A DNA stretch of 62,918 bases, filler included, from Lenisia limosa (lineage: Eukaryota > Protista > Breviatea), in NCBI GenBank assembly GCA_001655205.1. It is 13 parts of 13 records of this genome, joined end to end, with 100 filler letters (N's around TTAATTAATTAA, not from the genome) between each part and the next. Parts side by side here need not be neighbours in the genome. Positions count along the whole stretch, not along the records: positions 12,696 to 14,484 come from LPNZ01005820.1; positions 14,585 to 39,535 come from LPNZ01010126.1; 11 more parts are not named here. One strand, given 5' to 3'. This document shows, piece by piece, positions 12,867 to 25,789 of this stretch. The notes beneath the pieces are model-generated. The model did no database searches, had not been told where the DNA came from, and was given only the letters and a program-made list of their open reading frames with translations. Each line of letters opens with the position of its first letter. Within the stretch, counting starts at the first letter, position 1. The position numbers and the translations under genes are program-made.

Positions 12867-14660
12867 GCACGCATCATTATATTATTAACATACTGTATCA
12901 ATAATGTTGGTAAAATTAGATAACTTATGAGCCAAAAATCTACTCCGTTGGGCTTCCCACCTTTGCTTTTTCTTGCCTTTTTGAGCTCCTTTGCCGACTC
13001 CATCTTCATATCCTCTTCACCCCCCTAAGTTACGGTGAGTGGTTAAATGACAAGTGTGTCTGGTCTACTATATGTTAAAAAACTATATCAATTGTGTATA
13101 TTATAGGTGGGGGTACAAAACCTCGACAGGGATACCTCGACAGGGGGTGTAAGAATTTTCGAGATCAGCAATCTTTGATTTTCAATTTTTTTTTTTTTTT
13201 TGTTTTTTGTTTTTTTCCTCCCTCTTTTCAAGTNNNNNNNNNNNNNNNNNNNNNNNNNNNNNNNNNNNNNNNNAAATAATGTCGGTTATTCGTAGATTCG
13301 ACGCTTTACCAAATCAGGTGAGGTTTTTGTTTGGGGCAAATGCTAAAACCCATCTCTTTGTGGACCTCCCTTTTTTTCCTTTTCCAATAATACGAAACAA
13401 TCTTGTGTTTTTAATACTCTCAGGCAGCAATAAAGACTGATACGTCTTTCTTTTTCCTTACTCATCATTCGAATCACATCTTTCTGTTGACTTACTACCA
13501 CTCTATCCATTCAAAATCTTAATACTATTAGGTTCAAAGCGACTTAGAACCTCTGCGGCTTGCTGTCCGAGGATGTCAACAGTTCCAAGCCCTCACAATT
13601 GAAGAGAAAATTGTTGCCCTCTACTCTTTTGCGGCCGAGAAAGGTGTCTGACTACCTCACAGAGAGCTGTATCTTGGGAATGAGGAGCTTTTAGTTTGGT
13701 ATTATTATGAAATAAACCCTTCTATTTTGAGTTTATCTTCCAATTTTGGCAAGTTTCATTAATACATTCNNNNNNNNNNNNNNNNNNNNNNNNNNNNNNN
13801 NNNNNNNNNNNNNNNNNNNNNNNNNNNNNNNNNNNNNNNNNNNNNNNNNNNNNNNNNNNNNNNNNNNNNNNNNNNNNNNNNNNNNNNNNNNNNNNNNNNN
13901 NNNNNNNNNNNNNNNNNNNNNNNNNNNNNNNNNNNNNNNNNNNNNNNNNNNNNNNNNNNNNNNNNNNNNNNNNNNNNNNNNNNNNNNNNNNNNNNNNCCT
14001 ACAATTCTTCTCCAAGCAGTCCTATTCTTGCAATTGGGGACAACGCACGGATTCATGTGACCCCTGAGGTACGATTGTATACTATTTTGACTTTTTTTTT
14101 TTTAAGGCAATTTGCACCGCTTTCTTGCGTGATGGTATCGTATAAAACAGGAGCTATTAGAAGGAAGTCTGGTAAACCCGCCTACCTCCAGGACATTCAA
14201 CCTTTATTTCTTATATAGGTCACTTAACACAACCGCGAACACTCACATAACCGCGAACGCTTTTTGAAAANNNNNNNNNNAGAACCATTATCATCGGAGG
14301 AGATTACTGCCTCTCAAAGGCTGAAAATCGTGGGTCCGTAGTATTTAATCCCCCTGCTATTCCGCTATGCTTTGGATTAAATCCTCTGATGAAAGAAATA
14401 ATTAAGATGATCAATGAAACTGATCATTCTCCTCAGAATATGTATCTACCATCCCCTGAAACAATTGAAATTGCAAGGAATTATNNNNNNNNNNNNNNNN
14501 NNNNNNNNNNNNNNNNNNNNNNNNNNNNTTAATTAATTAANNNNNNNNNNNNNNNNNNNNNNNNNNNNNNNNNNNNNNNNNNNNGTTGTACGTCTCTATT
14601 GCGTAGGAGAGATAAATGAATACCTCTTCCAAGATATTTTTACTGACCATTCATAGAAGC

Positions 14661-17391
14661 GGACCTCAGGGTCTCCCCCTTGTTTGGCTTGGCAGTAATC
14701 ATGGTTACAACTTCGGTTCTTATCTTTACCGAGTTAAACCTCTCCGCTATTGGAATTCGACTGGTGGGTAGTGTGTTTCGCCAGTCTAAATAACCATTCT
14801 CGTGTGTGTTGATACTAACCAAATTATCTAATAATTGCATTTTACCCTCCCCCTCGTTTCTTCTCTTCTTTTGTATTGTTCACTCTCAAGGCCATTACCA
14901 CCGTTATTGGCATTGGTGGAATTCTTGTGGGGAGAAGAGTCGAAAAGAGGTATCGAGCGGAGTTTGCTGAACGTCTTGCTACCAATCTTGAGGTGAGACC
15001 CTTTGTTTTAAGAGCAAGAGAATAGTTGAAATAGAATTTTTTTAAAAAAAAACAATGGGAAATCGAAACATGAATAACATTCCACTACACACTCCTTTGA
15101 GTATTCTTTGCAGTGCACTTTTGTTTTTTTTTTATCATATGATACACTACAAGAATGATGGTGCTGACACATACTTAGATTGATGAAGTTGTCGCGGTTC
15201 TTCTCCACCGGTTCCACTTCTCGTTTGTCGACAACTATGTACTGTCCTTCAGTGGTGCCTGCGAGGAGGCATGTAAACTTGTCACAATTGCTGTGGTAGG
15301 AGGGCTTCGTTTGCCTCTCAAGAAGAGGGTGATACTGATATACATTGATATATTTTTATTATTTTATTATTATTTTTATTATTTTTATAATTTTTATTAT
15401 TTTTATAATTTTTTCGATATGAATATATTGACATAGCGCAATATTATTGTGAAGCTAACATAATAATTTTACCCCCCCCCCCTCTTTTGTGTGGCATATT
15501 AGTNNNNNNNNNNNNNNNNNNNNNNNNNNNNNNNNNNNNNNNNNNNNNNNNNNNNNNNNNNNNNNNNNNNNNNNNNNNNNNNNNGTAACATAATTTTTAA
15601 CATCGCAGGTGGATCTTGACATGCAAAGCCTTCTGCTCGGCCTCGATTCCTTAGACAGTGAAAGCGAGCTCTTCGTCTCAAAGTGGGTGTCGTTTTCTTC
15701 TTTTGTTTTTTTTTTTGGGCGCGGGGGGGGGGGGNNNNNNNNNNNNNNNNNNNNNNNNNNNNNNNNNNNNNNNNNNNNNNNNNNNNNNNNNNNNNNNNNN
15801 NNNNNNNNNNNNNNNNNNNNNNNNNNNNNNNTGTTCTAGCGAAGCGAAGACCCTTACTTTACTCCTTTAGGGTTGCGGCAATTACCAAGATCTTAACGCT
15901 CCAATTTTCACAGTACAACATCGCAAGAGTTTCACTCTCAGGTTTGTTTTTGTTGAATTAAAGCAACACATTCATATGAAACGAACAGTTATCTCAAACC
16001 TCAAACCTGTAGGTCTCCAGCTGATCTTTGTTGCGGGTACGAGCTATACGGCCAAAAACCACGAGAACGCCATTTGCCAGGCGGCTATCACTGCACTTGA
16101 CTCCATTCTAAGATGGAGCTCCACCAAGTGAGTGTGGCTTCTTGTTCTTTCATAGTGGTTGCAACGCTGCGATCCTGTGCATTATCCTCAAGATAATATT
16201 TCTTCAATGACTTCAAACAATAACCTGCTTCCTTCTCTGATAACTGGTTTATGTAGCCACGACTTGTTAACTATTTTGTTTACTATTGCCTTACAATGTA
16301 GTCTTCAGACCCTTGATGCACCCCCCATCCTGCGTATCGCTATTGACTCCGGGCCCTGCATCGCCTCTGTGGTAGGAGGGGAGGGTCTTGTTAAAATGTA
16401 TTATTATGAATCTGGCAAAATCCGTCTTTTTCCCGCTTGTTATCATATAGTTGACCTTGTTGTACGAATCAGCTTGGGGTCACCTTTATAGATTGGGCAC
16501 AATAGGCCGTCGCTGTCACTCTTGGGACCTTTAGTGGGCCAATGCAAAGAGCTTATCTCACGCGTTGAAGGATGTGAGCGGGGGGTTTTCAATTGTGTCT
16601 GGTTGAGACTGTTATTCTTCCAATTGCAAAGCCTTTATATATCGGCCAGTTTAAATTTCGGGAATCGTATTATTTATAGTTCTGTCCGAGGATGCCCTAC
16701 ATAATTAGTAAAAAAAACTATTAGACCGCAACAAATTCCACTTCTCACTTCTGTAGTTGGCATTGTAGTGTCGCCAACAACATACAAGCAGGTGACGTCA
16801 ACAAACTGTGTATTCACCCCGGCTGCGGGAGAGGGCGGACTAGTTTACTATGTATGCTGGGAAGACAAGAAAGCTATACACACAAAAGGAATTCAAACAT
16901 GTTTTACGATATTTATTGTAGGTATCTTCATGATATCTTTGAATATTCACACGTTTACTCTAAATTGACATGATCAGACCATCAGAACACTGTTTCAGTC
17001 TTTATGAGCCTTTTACTCATACTTTAGTTGTCACACAATGGGTCGCTTCCCAATTCCAACACGCACGTTCTTCGTATGGGGGGGGGGGGNNNNNNNNNNN
17101 NNNNNNNNNNNNNNNNNNNNNNNNNNNNNNNNNNNNNNNNNNNNNNNNNNNNNNNNNNNNNNNNNNNNNNNNNNNNNNNNNNNNNNNNNNNNNNNNNNNN
17201 NNNNNNNNNNNNNNNNNNNNNNNNTTGTGGGTAATATATTTTCGGCAATTGGGGAAATTGATTGGGTTCTTTAGGGCTTTATCACGGTTACTTCTTCACT
17301 GATTAACCCTATTCAGAACTCCCCCGTCGAATGTTCAACTTGGCACGACGTCAGTTTATGATTTTCACAGAAGACCAAGATGATTTCCAGT
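14661..17391 (+). CDS. Transmembrane class III (adenylyl/guanylyl) cyclase-like protein with a degenerate catalytic domain; probably continues to ~20700
   Basis: Hydrophobic exons (GLPLFGLAVIMVTTSVLIFTEL; AITTVIGIGGILVG) are followed by spliced QYNIARVSLSGLQLIFVAGT..NHENAICQAAITAL..LRIAIDSGPCIASVIGHNRPSLSLLGPLVGQCKELISRVEG..GIVVSPTTYKQ. This aligns with the cyclase consensus KIKTIGDAYMVVAG..HA..LRIGIHTGPVVAGVIG..YDLWGDTVNTASRMES..IQVSEATY. Further plus exons lie at ~19137, 19770, 20050 and 20310. Confidence 0.7.
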
Positions 17392-20300
17392 TGGGGAGGG
17401 GGGGGTGCCTTCCTCTATGCTTTACGGAGGGGCGGGGNNNNNNNNNNNNNNNNNNNNNNNNNNNNNNNNNNNNNNNNNNNNNNNNNNNNNNNNNNNNNNN
17501 NNNNNNNNNNNNNNNNNNNNNNNNNNNNNNNNNNNNNNNNNNNNNNNNNNNNNNNNNNNNNTTCAGAGTTAGATCAAATAAGGGGGGCTCAGTCGTTGTT
17601 TTGTTTTGCAAAATAATTTGGTATATTTTTAAAAACACACTTTGGGATAATTTCGTAGGGCAGGTTTTCCTATAAAATAGCTTCGGATAGAAAAAATTAA
17701 ATGTCTATTTTCCAGACTTTCAAGTTGTACCAATTTTGGACGTTTTTGGCTTCTATAATTTTATTTTATTGGGGTATAAACATGATATGAGGCATTATAC
17801 TATTCCCATCAACTACACGCACAACCAGAACTGCTCCTTTTTGTTGGACTCATATTACTCGGTTAGGTACATTCCAGGCTTTTTTTTAAAAACCATTTCT
17901 ACAATTCCATGTGAGAGCTGTTTTATATGAAAATCTACCCTGCGAAATTATCCCGAAAGGTCATTTTGAAAACTGCACGGACAGTTCCACTTTATTGCCC
18001 CTAAATAAAACAACGNNNNNNNNNNNNNNNNNNNNNNNNNNNNNNNNAGTAGAAAGAACATTTCCTCCCGACCGCCATCATCGAAGGTATTACCTGTTGC
18101 CAAGGCCTTCCCCCGTCCTGACTCAACGCTTGCGGAGCAGTCTGTTTTGAAGGTTGGAAGCGGAGAAATTGGCCAATAAAGTATTAATATTTTTCGTAAA
18201 AAAGGCATTAAGTATACGTTCCATAATCTCGTTCTAAAAAAAACAGGTTTGACCTTTTAGAATTCCACTGTTTCTCTAAAAAGCGGCTCATCAAGTGACA
18301 AAGAGAAAAATGCTGATTCGATTCACCATGTTCCCGAGTCAGGGTAAGCCGCTTCTCCATTTATCTTCTAGGACTTGTTTTTTTTTTATATGTGTGTGTG
18401 TGTTTTTTTTGTTTGTTTGTTTGCCCCCCCCCCCCCCNNNNNNNNNNNNNNNNNNNNNNNNNNNNNNNNNNNNNNNNNNNNNNNNNNNNNNNNNNNNNNN
18501 NNNNNNNNNNNNNNNNNNNNNNNNNNNNNNNNNNNNNNNNNNNNNNNNNNNNNNNNNNNNNNNNNNNNNNNNNNNNNNNNNNNNNNNNNNNNNNNNNNNN
18601 NNNNNNNTCTCTTGCTTTAACCACTTAGCCCTTTGAATCAAGGCTGGCAGGAAGCCGGCTGGAGTAGCTGCACAATGTACACTACGGTAATTGTATTTTT
18701 ATGGGTTTAGCTCCTTTTTTTTTCTTTTTTTTTTCTTTCTNNNNNNNNNNNNNNNNNNNNNNNNNNNNNNNNNNNNNNNNNNNNNNNNNNNNNNNNNNNN
18801 NNNNNNNNNNNNNNNNNNNNNNNNNNNNNNNNNNNNNNNNNNNNNTTCAGTTTTTTCTCTAATGTACAACATTGTATCACCAAACTTGTTCACTCCACTT
18901 CCTTGTTCATGAACACTGTGTTCAAATTTAAATCCCCCACCCTCGTCGGACTTCTTTAAATTGTATATCAAACTTTAGTTTGGGAGTTGTTGAGTTGAAG
19001 GAGGAAATGGTAAACGTGGGGGGCTCACGGCCCTTCGATCCTAATTGGTCAAAACACATAATGTTGAACACAATATTACTGCACATATCCAACATATATC
19101 CCTATTCACTACTTACCCACTTACTTCTCTGTCATAGACTGGTGACGGGCTTGGGCTCCCGCTATATAGTGAATTATGTAGGACCATGTAAGCCAGTGCT
19201 CTAGAAACTCGTCTACTTCCAAGTTGGGTTTGGGTGTAAAATGATTGAAATAACCTAAACCACACAACCCATTTTTTTTTATATTAGAAATCAAATACAA
19301 TCAGCCAACATAAATCCTCTCGAAGTTTCCGGGTGTGGTGAATTGACATCATCTTGGATACACCTGAGACCATTAAAACAAGGCTTGGAAGGCGAGTCAA
19401 GTCTTATTTCTTAGCTTCTATACCTTTCTCTTTCTATTGTACGCCAGTACTGAGGAGAGACATGTCGCGTGTCGAAACGCTGCCTATCCTGGCAAGGTTT
19501 CATCATTGATTATTGTAAACGGGAGATGAGTGATTAGCAGGGTAAAAAAGAACGAAGTATTGTATGAAGCTATCAAGTCAAAAACGAGTATCACCGAATT
19601 CAATATTTCCTCAAAGTTTCCAACTTGGAAGACAGAACGAGGCTGGAGTTTTTGTTTGAGAATATCTCGTCTGGAGGGCTTATGCGGCGTTCCTATGTAG
19701 TGAAAGCCAGTTAAAGTTGCCTATTTCCGAATCAAATTTTCAGGCAAACGTTTACCCCTTTACCAGCTGGGAGAATTTCCCATTCATCAAAATCTATCGG
19801 GTCTGCACGAACTCGCCGGAATGGCTCTTCATATGATACCTCTCTTTCATACACGCGCTTGAACCGTGAGATGCAAATTGTGACTTACTTGTCCATTTGA
19901 ATGGGTTGTAAATCGTGACCTAAAATGGTGAGTTTGTTTCTGAAAAGGTAGCAATGCAATAACACCCCCCCCCCGTCTACCTTGGATTGAAGAAATCGTT
20001 TTCGGGACTTGCCATCTCTCTCTCACCCTGGTAAGTTACTTGGAACTATTGGAGTTAATCCTCATTCTCACCACTCTTGGATCTTCACTGGTGTTAATAG
20101 ATGTCCATAATTGAGGGGATTCTCTAATGAGTAAAAACTGGCCCAATTAATCAACACATACCGTTCTGGTTGGCTGAGCTCTGTCTTGTTTTGAATCACC
20201 ATTCTTTTCTGATATTTAGGTTAGTAAATCGGAAACTGCTGCTACTGGTTATACCCACCCACCTGTAAGTTTCGAAATCGTTCATTCATTGACTTGAACT

Positions 20301-21178
20301 TATTTTCCCTGAGATTTGCCTGCAATGTTATTGCTTGGCCAACCCACCTTGAGACTTGGGGCTGGTGCAGCCTTTGCGATCACCATGTCATCTACATTGA
20401 ATTGTAACTGGCCATCAACAGAAATTGTGAAAAAATAATATAATTATATAATATGTATACTATATCATATGTAGAGCTGGTAATCTCATCATCTTCGCTA
20501 TTAGTATGTCCTCCCATTACCAATAGACTCTGGTTCTTCCCAATCATTTTCGTCAGTATGGTGATGTTGCCCTGCGTCAAGGTCTATCAAGGCTGAAGCG
20601 CTTGGAAGATGAGAGTGTTCCCTTATGTCAAATGTCACACTCTCATGTTAGGAATGAATGATATCCATTGCTTCAACTTGGTAAGTTGGTTCATTTGTTG
20701 ATTTGTTGTTTTTTTTTAATTAGAAGATGGAATGAAAGAAAAAAAGTTGGGAAAAGGTCTTTGGCAAGTATAAGTATGGAAACGATGGGAAGAAGGCACA
20801 CATTACATGTGTCAAGCCAACCAAAGAGAGTTTTCAAATTTTGATCCCAATAAATTATAATAAAAGCTATATTTTAATTTATTTTATGAATAGAGGCTGG
20901 GGAAGGGGGATATTCTGTTGACAGAAACCCAGCAAACCGAGATCCTTTCCAGAAAGAGTGTTCTGCGGCATTTGTACGCTTACCAAACATAATTTTACTT
21001 TATCTCACGCTAAATAACTCCAAAAAACTTCACTACAGCATTGGCTATACGGTTATTCGGGGTACAGGATTCACTAAATAAATTATGTCCAATTTTCCAA
21101 CCCCTTTCTACATACTATCTCATTTTATACGTATATATTGAATATAGCAGATTAGTTTATCAAAGGTGGCTGTGGAAG

Positions 21179-24100
21179 ATGAGCTCTGCTCAGTATTTGA
21201 TGCAATCGCACCTCCCTACGGGTGATGTGCGTCTCCAACCAAAAGAGTCAACCACTGCAGAGGCTTACAAGAACTATAGAATGTTAGCTTTTTGGGGGGG
21301 CTTCGAAAATCACCATTCTAGCTCTTCTCTTCCGCCAAGCAGTAAAGTTGATGCTTATAAGTCAACACTGCGTATTGGAGACAAGGGTGGCCTTAATCCT
21401 GAAACGACGGTTTGCTCGGGCATGATCTTGGGTGTAAGAAGTATGGATCTTTCTGTGTTTCTTTCCTGTGTCCCATAAATAAAGAGTCCCAATTAGAACA
21501 TGAGATATCAATAAATTTTTCAGGTGCTTCTTGTACACTCTCCCCCTTTGATACAGTTCCTATAAGTGATTTGTTATATTTTTCTAGAACATTGATATCT
21601 GTGCACAAACAATCTTGTGAACCTGTACCCTTCCAGGATTCCCTCCCTGGTACCTCCATAATCCGTTCTTTCATCTTTTAACCCCTTTTCCCATTAGAGC
21701 CGAAGAGATTTCCCTGCTCACCCCGTGGGTGTTAATACGATGAAAAAGACCAACCCAAACCGGTCGCATGTTCCTTTTGGTGATACGTAAGCTCCGGATT
21801 CCTCATTATCGACACAGATGCCTGGAAAATCACAAGAGCCTCCCCCCCTTTTTTTTTGATTTCGCTTTTAATAAATGTTGATACCGTGTACATTTTTGTT
21901 TTCTTTCTGAATCCAATACTCGATTGTCTGACGGCGTCCCAGAGAGGGACACATTCCTTTTGAGTCAACGACATCACGAGTTGCCTTTCCCGTTCGTACA
22001 GTGACCGAGGACCAATGCCGAGCCTCTATTACTACTCAGGTATGCGCTTGTTTCTATTTTGCCTCACCTAGATTTATTTATCTTCAAAACTGGAAGAGAT
22101 ACGCCTAGCACACTCTCTTTTTGTCCCATTAGTTTCCTGTTGTCTGGTAATCAATATGTTTCGCCTATGTATTGGGAGAGATACATACATATTATTACAT
22201 GTGTATATTGTTGCAAATAAAGAATTAATCCCTTTTTCTAGGATCCAGGAAAGTCGTCCCTTCTTCTTGCAGAAGGCAGGCACGGCAGAATGGAGCCCAT
22301 GTTCGCAAGGGGGGGGGGGCTGCATTTTGGGTGACTTTTTAAAAAACAAATAATCATCACATTTTAAGACAATAGCAAACTTAAATTATGACATCCCCAG
22401 GTCAAAAACATACGGGGTGGGTATTCGCAATGCCTCCCGTGCCGGACCAAGCAAGCCGATGGGAACTCACACCAAGTCCTATGTTCCACTAGGTTCTGGG
22501 GGAGGGGGTCGGTCAGTAATGGTTTCTTTTATTCGCTGTAATATCCTCATGTGATTTCTCAACACTTTATTCCAAGTTACAGACTGATATGAACCTTACC
22601 AACGCCATAAGGTTTATTGATGATATTGTCCTGCTTGACCCTAATCACGGTTTCCATTAACATATTTTACCAACATCTGATGATACTGACCCTATCCACC
22701 CTATATACAATTATCACAAACATTCGCTTCCATAACTGAGTAGGTTATTGGTAGACAGTTTAGCATCATAGGAATCATTATACCCTTCACTAACGCGACA
22801 GGGGAAAACAATGTATCAGAATTCCGAACAGAAAGTTCAATTCAGTACCCCCAGGTCAAATCGACATTCACCAAGCCAGCAGAAAAACGTTTGCCGGCAG
22901 TGGTTTGTGTCATTTTTTAATGGCTCAAATAACTTTCATTATTCCTCTTCAATCACATTCGCCTAAGTCTAAGATTAGAATATCAGTTATTACAGAAGCA
23001 TGTACAAGTATCATTCGTCATGCTAACATGGTTATCTCACCCCCCACCCCTCTCTCTCCCATATTGGCTCTTTACTCTCCCCTCAGCTGTGAGTAAACTG
23101 AAATTTGGTGACGACTACTCCCGGATGACCACAACGTCGTCCGATGCTTTCCCCCAATACCAGGTCAGAAGCTTTGGGGGATCAGGGCATATATTAGTAT
23201 ATGATGGGGAGGCACGCAGAAACTGTGCGCATCAAATTCTAAGGCAAATGGTTGGGTGAATTGATATTATACTATAATCCAATTTCTCTGATAAGCGTNN
23301 NNNNNNNNNNNNNNNNNNNNNNNNNNNNNNNNNNNNNTGAAAAAGTTTTGGATTTTAACATCTTAAGTGGAAAAGGAACGTCATATCATATCATATTTGT
23401 GTTTCACAAAATGTTCTATTCTTATGGTTTAGACCCGTCCTGTTGAAAGGGCTTCAAAAGATACATATGGCCACACCGCAATTCATACCGGTAAGTTGGC
23501 AGTCTAAATCAGCTTAAATTATTTTTCATTCTGACATTTCAAAAGAACAATTCATCCATTCACCCATCTAGATGCTGGTGGAGACTTCAGCACGACAACA
23601 TCTTCTTCTTTCCCTGGACATGCCAAAGGAGAACGCGAAGACGTCCCTTCAGCAGCATTCTTACGGGCTACCCATTTTGCCCTTGCTGCCAATACACACG
23701 ACCCAAACCCTACAACCACAAGTGCTTCTGCTTTTAGGTATTTTGAGGGAATTGAATTATGGAATCAAGGTAACAACCTCCATTTTTTATCAATATTTTA
23801 AAGTGTACTGAAGAATGATTTCATTGTGAGACCGAAATAATATCGACATTGTCTGAGGGTCGACTCGAAGCCCCTTTAATAATTGATTTGCCTGACTTTC
23901 TCAGATCCACTGCTGGAAGTCAACGCCCCGCGCCTGTTATCAAACACAAGGATAACATCAGTCTAGGTATCAGGGATGAGAGCTGTGTGGAGCGTTAAAT
24001 GCAAATGACGGGGTGAATTCATTTAATACTACAATCCAATATCGCGTATAAGCGTGATGGTGTGGATGGCTTCAGTTAGATACTCCTATTTTTATTTCTT

Positions 24101-25200
24101 CTCTACATTTATTAAAGAATGTCGTGGAATTTTGAATGGACATGGTATTTTTTTGTGTATGTATGCACATAGTTATAATGTGTTATGAGCTTCAAATATA
24201 TTCCCCAAACACTTTGATGAATTCATTATCTTTCGTTAAACATTGTACCCACAGGTGACGACCGTTTACCCCCTCAAATGCAGTCAACTGTACAATCTGC
24301 TTTCCACCACCACTATCAACAAACTGCCGTGGGAGGGATGAGAAATTCAATGTGTCTAATTAAATATCGATATTCGAAGATTCATCTTTTCAGGATACTG
24401 CTATTCCAAGTAACAAGCATTTAAAGAGTTCGTTTTCCCTTGCGTGTGACCAGAGAGGTTGGTTTGGTATTTGTTTCACGCCTATACCTTTTTTTTTTTT
24501 TTTTTTTTNNNNNNNNNNNNNNNNNNNNNNNNNNNNNNNNNNNNNNNNNNNNNNNNNNNNNNNNNNNNNNCCAAACAACATCAAGACAGAACTTCCCAGG
24601 CCACCCTGCATCAATGAAGCCCCAGAAGCAGCATATTGTATGGATGTGGAAACCTACCACCTTTCTTTCGTTTTTACCCCTTTGAAGTGATCGGTAGCAG
24701 AAGTGATTAGCCTTGGCTTTGTTTTTTTTTTTGTTGTTATCAACCTCGGGTGATGTCAGCCAACAGAGTTGATTGCTTTTTTGTTTCATAAATTCCGTAT
24801 GCTGGGGAGGCACGCAGAAAGCTGTGTGCACAGAGTTGTAAGGCAAATGATTGGGTGCATTAATATTATACTGTAATCCAATATCTCTTATAAGCGTGAT
24901 GATGTGGTATCTTTATTCTCATTGCTATATATTTTACCCCCCCCCCCAGGCAAATGGAAAGGCTGCTTTTGATTTTGGAGATAGTATTCACAATACAATG
25001 CCAAAAACCACCACTGCTGACGCCTTCCAGTCAAAACGGTATGGCAGTTTGTAAATGTCGAAGGCACTACAAATACTTTAATGCTTTTGAAAACATAATG
25101 GTCAACGGAACACAAATGGAGACCTCAGGATTTTGGTGACCATTCTCCTATTGACTCTTTTAGAATAGTTGCGCACGTCACTGATGAAAAGGCTCTTAAT
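21179..25200 (+). CDS. Repeat protein resembling the SAXO5/TEX45 (C19orf45) microtubule-inner-protein family
   Basis: Starts MSSAQYLMQSHLPTGD.. About 7 repeats of S[HN]xx[LF]GD-x5-9-[ST]T..F: SHLPTGDVRLQPKESTTAEAY, STLRIGDKGGLNPETTV, SHVPFGDT..FESTTSRVAF, KLKFGDDYSRMTTTSSDAF, ATHFAL, DNISLGDDRLPPQMQSTVQSAF and FDFGDSIHNTMPKTTTADAF. The family assignment comes from my recollection of the motif. Confidence 0.5.
24700..24795 (+). repeat. Family A copy fused to a family C copy
   Basis: TTGTTATCAACCTCGGGTGATGTCAGCCAACAGAGTTGATTGCTTTTTTGTTTCATAAATT runs directly into CCGTATGCTGGGGAGGCACGCAG. Confidence 0.8.
24797..24915. repeat. Dispersed repeat family C (~150-200 bp, SINE/MITE-like), representative copy
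   Basis: GGGGAGGCACGCAGAAAGCTGTGTGCAC..GGCAAATGATTGGGTG..TAAGCGTGATGGTGTGGA.. Other copies at ~2412-2475, 11305-11440, 23207-23298, 24008-24102, 44557-44700, 57453-57575, 59077-59131, 59540-59612 and 61397-61510, in both orientations. Confidence 0.8.
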
Positions 25201-25789
25201 AGGTTTTGTGGGTTCTGTTGTGTTGATGTTTTGGTTAAACTTGACCATTCAAGAAATCTCCAAGTGACGCATTTCGCCTTCTCAGGAGATGAAAGGAGAT
25301 TCGAGGTGTGTTTCTAACAGAACATTGACCCCCCCCCCTTCCACGTAGTCCAGTGCCACACCCCTCCTCACCTATCACATTGTACCCCTCCCACTCACTT
25401 TCACAGACAACAAGTGGTAGCGACTTTTCAAAGCAGCCCATTCGTCGATAGGTTTAGAGTATGTATTTCTGGTTTCAGCGTTCGGTATTATTTATTTGTT
25501 CCTTCACATTCTTCAAAGTGACACCACTTGGATCAAACCATTGAAATGTATTGATTACAGAATTAGACAAAAGAAAAACAAAATAACATTTATAATACAA
25601 TAAAATAAATCATTCAAAACAACCCCATGTCTCCAACTGGAAACTCATTTAAGAACTCCCCAAGTTGAGGGTCGTCTAAAGAAATAAAAAAAATAATATA
25701 ATAAAAAACTGGCAACTCGGTTCTCTGCATTTATAATAATATACTACATCTCATATCTACATTAACACTAAGTACCAAGCAAAGCCCCC

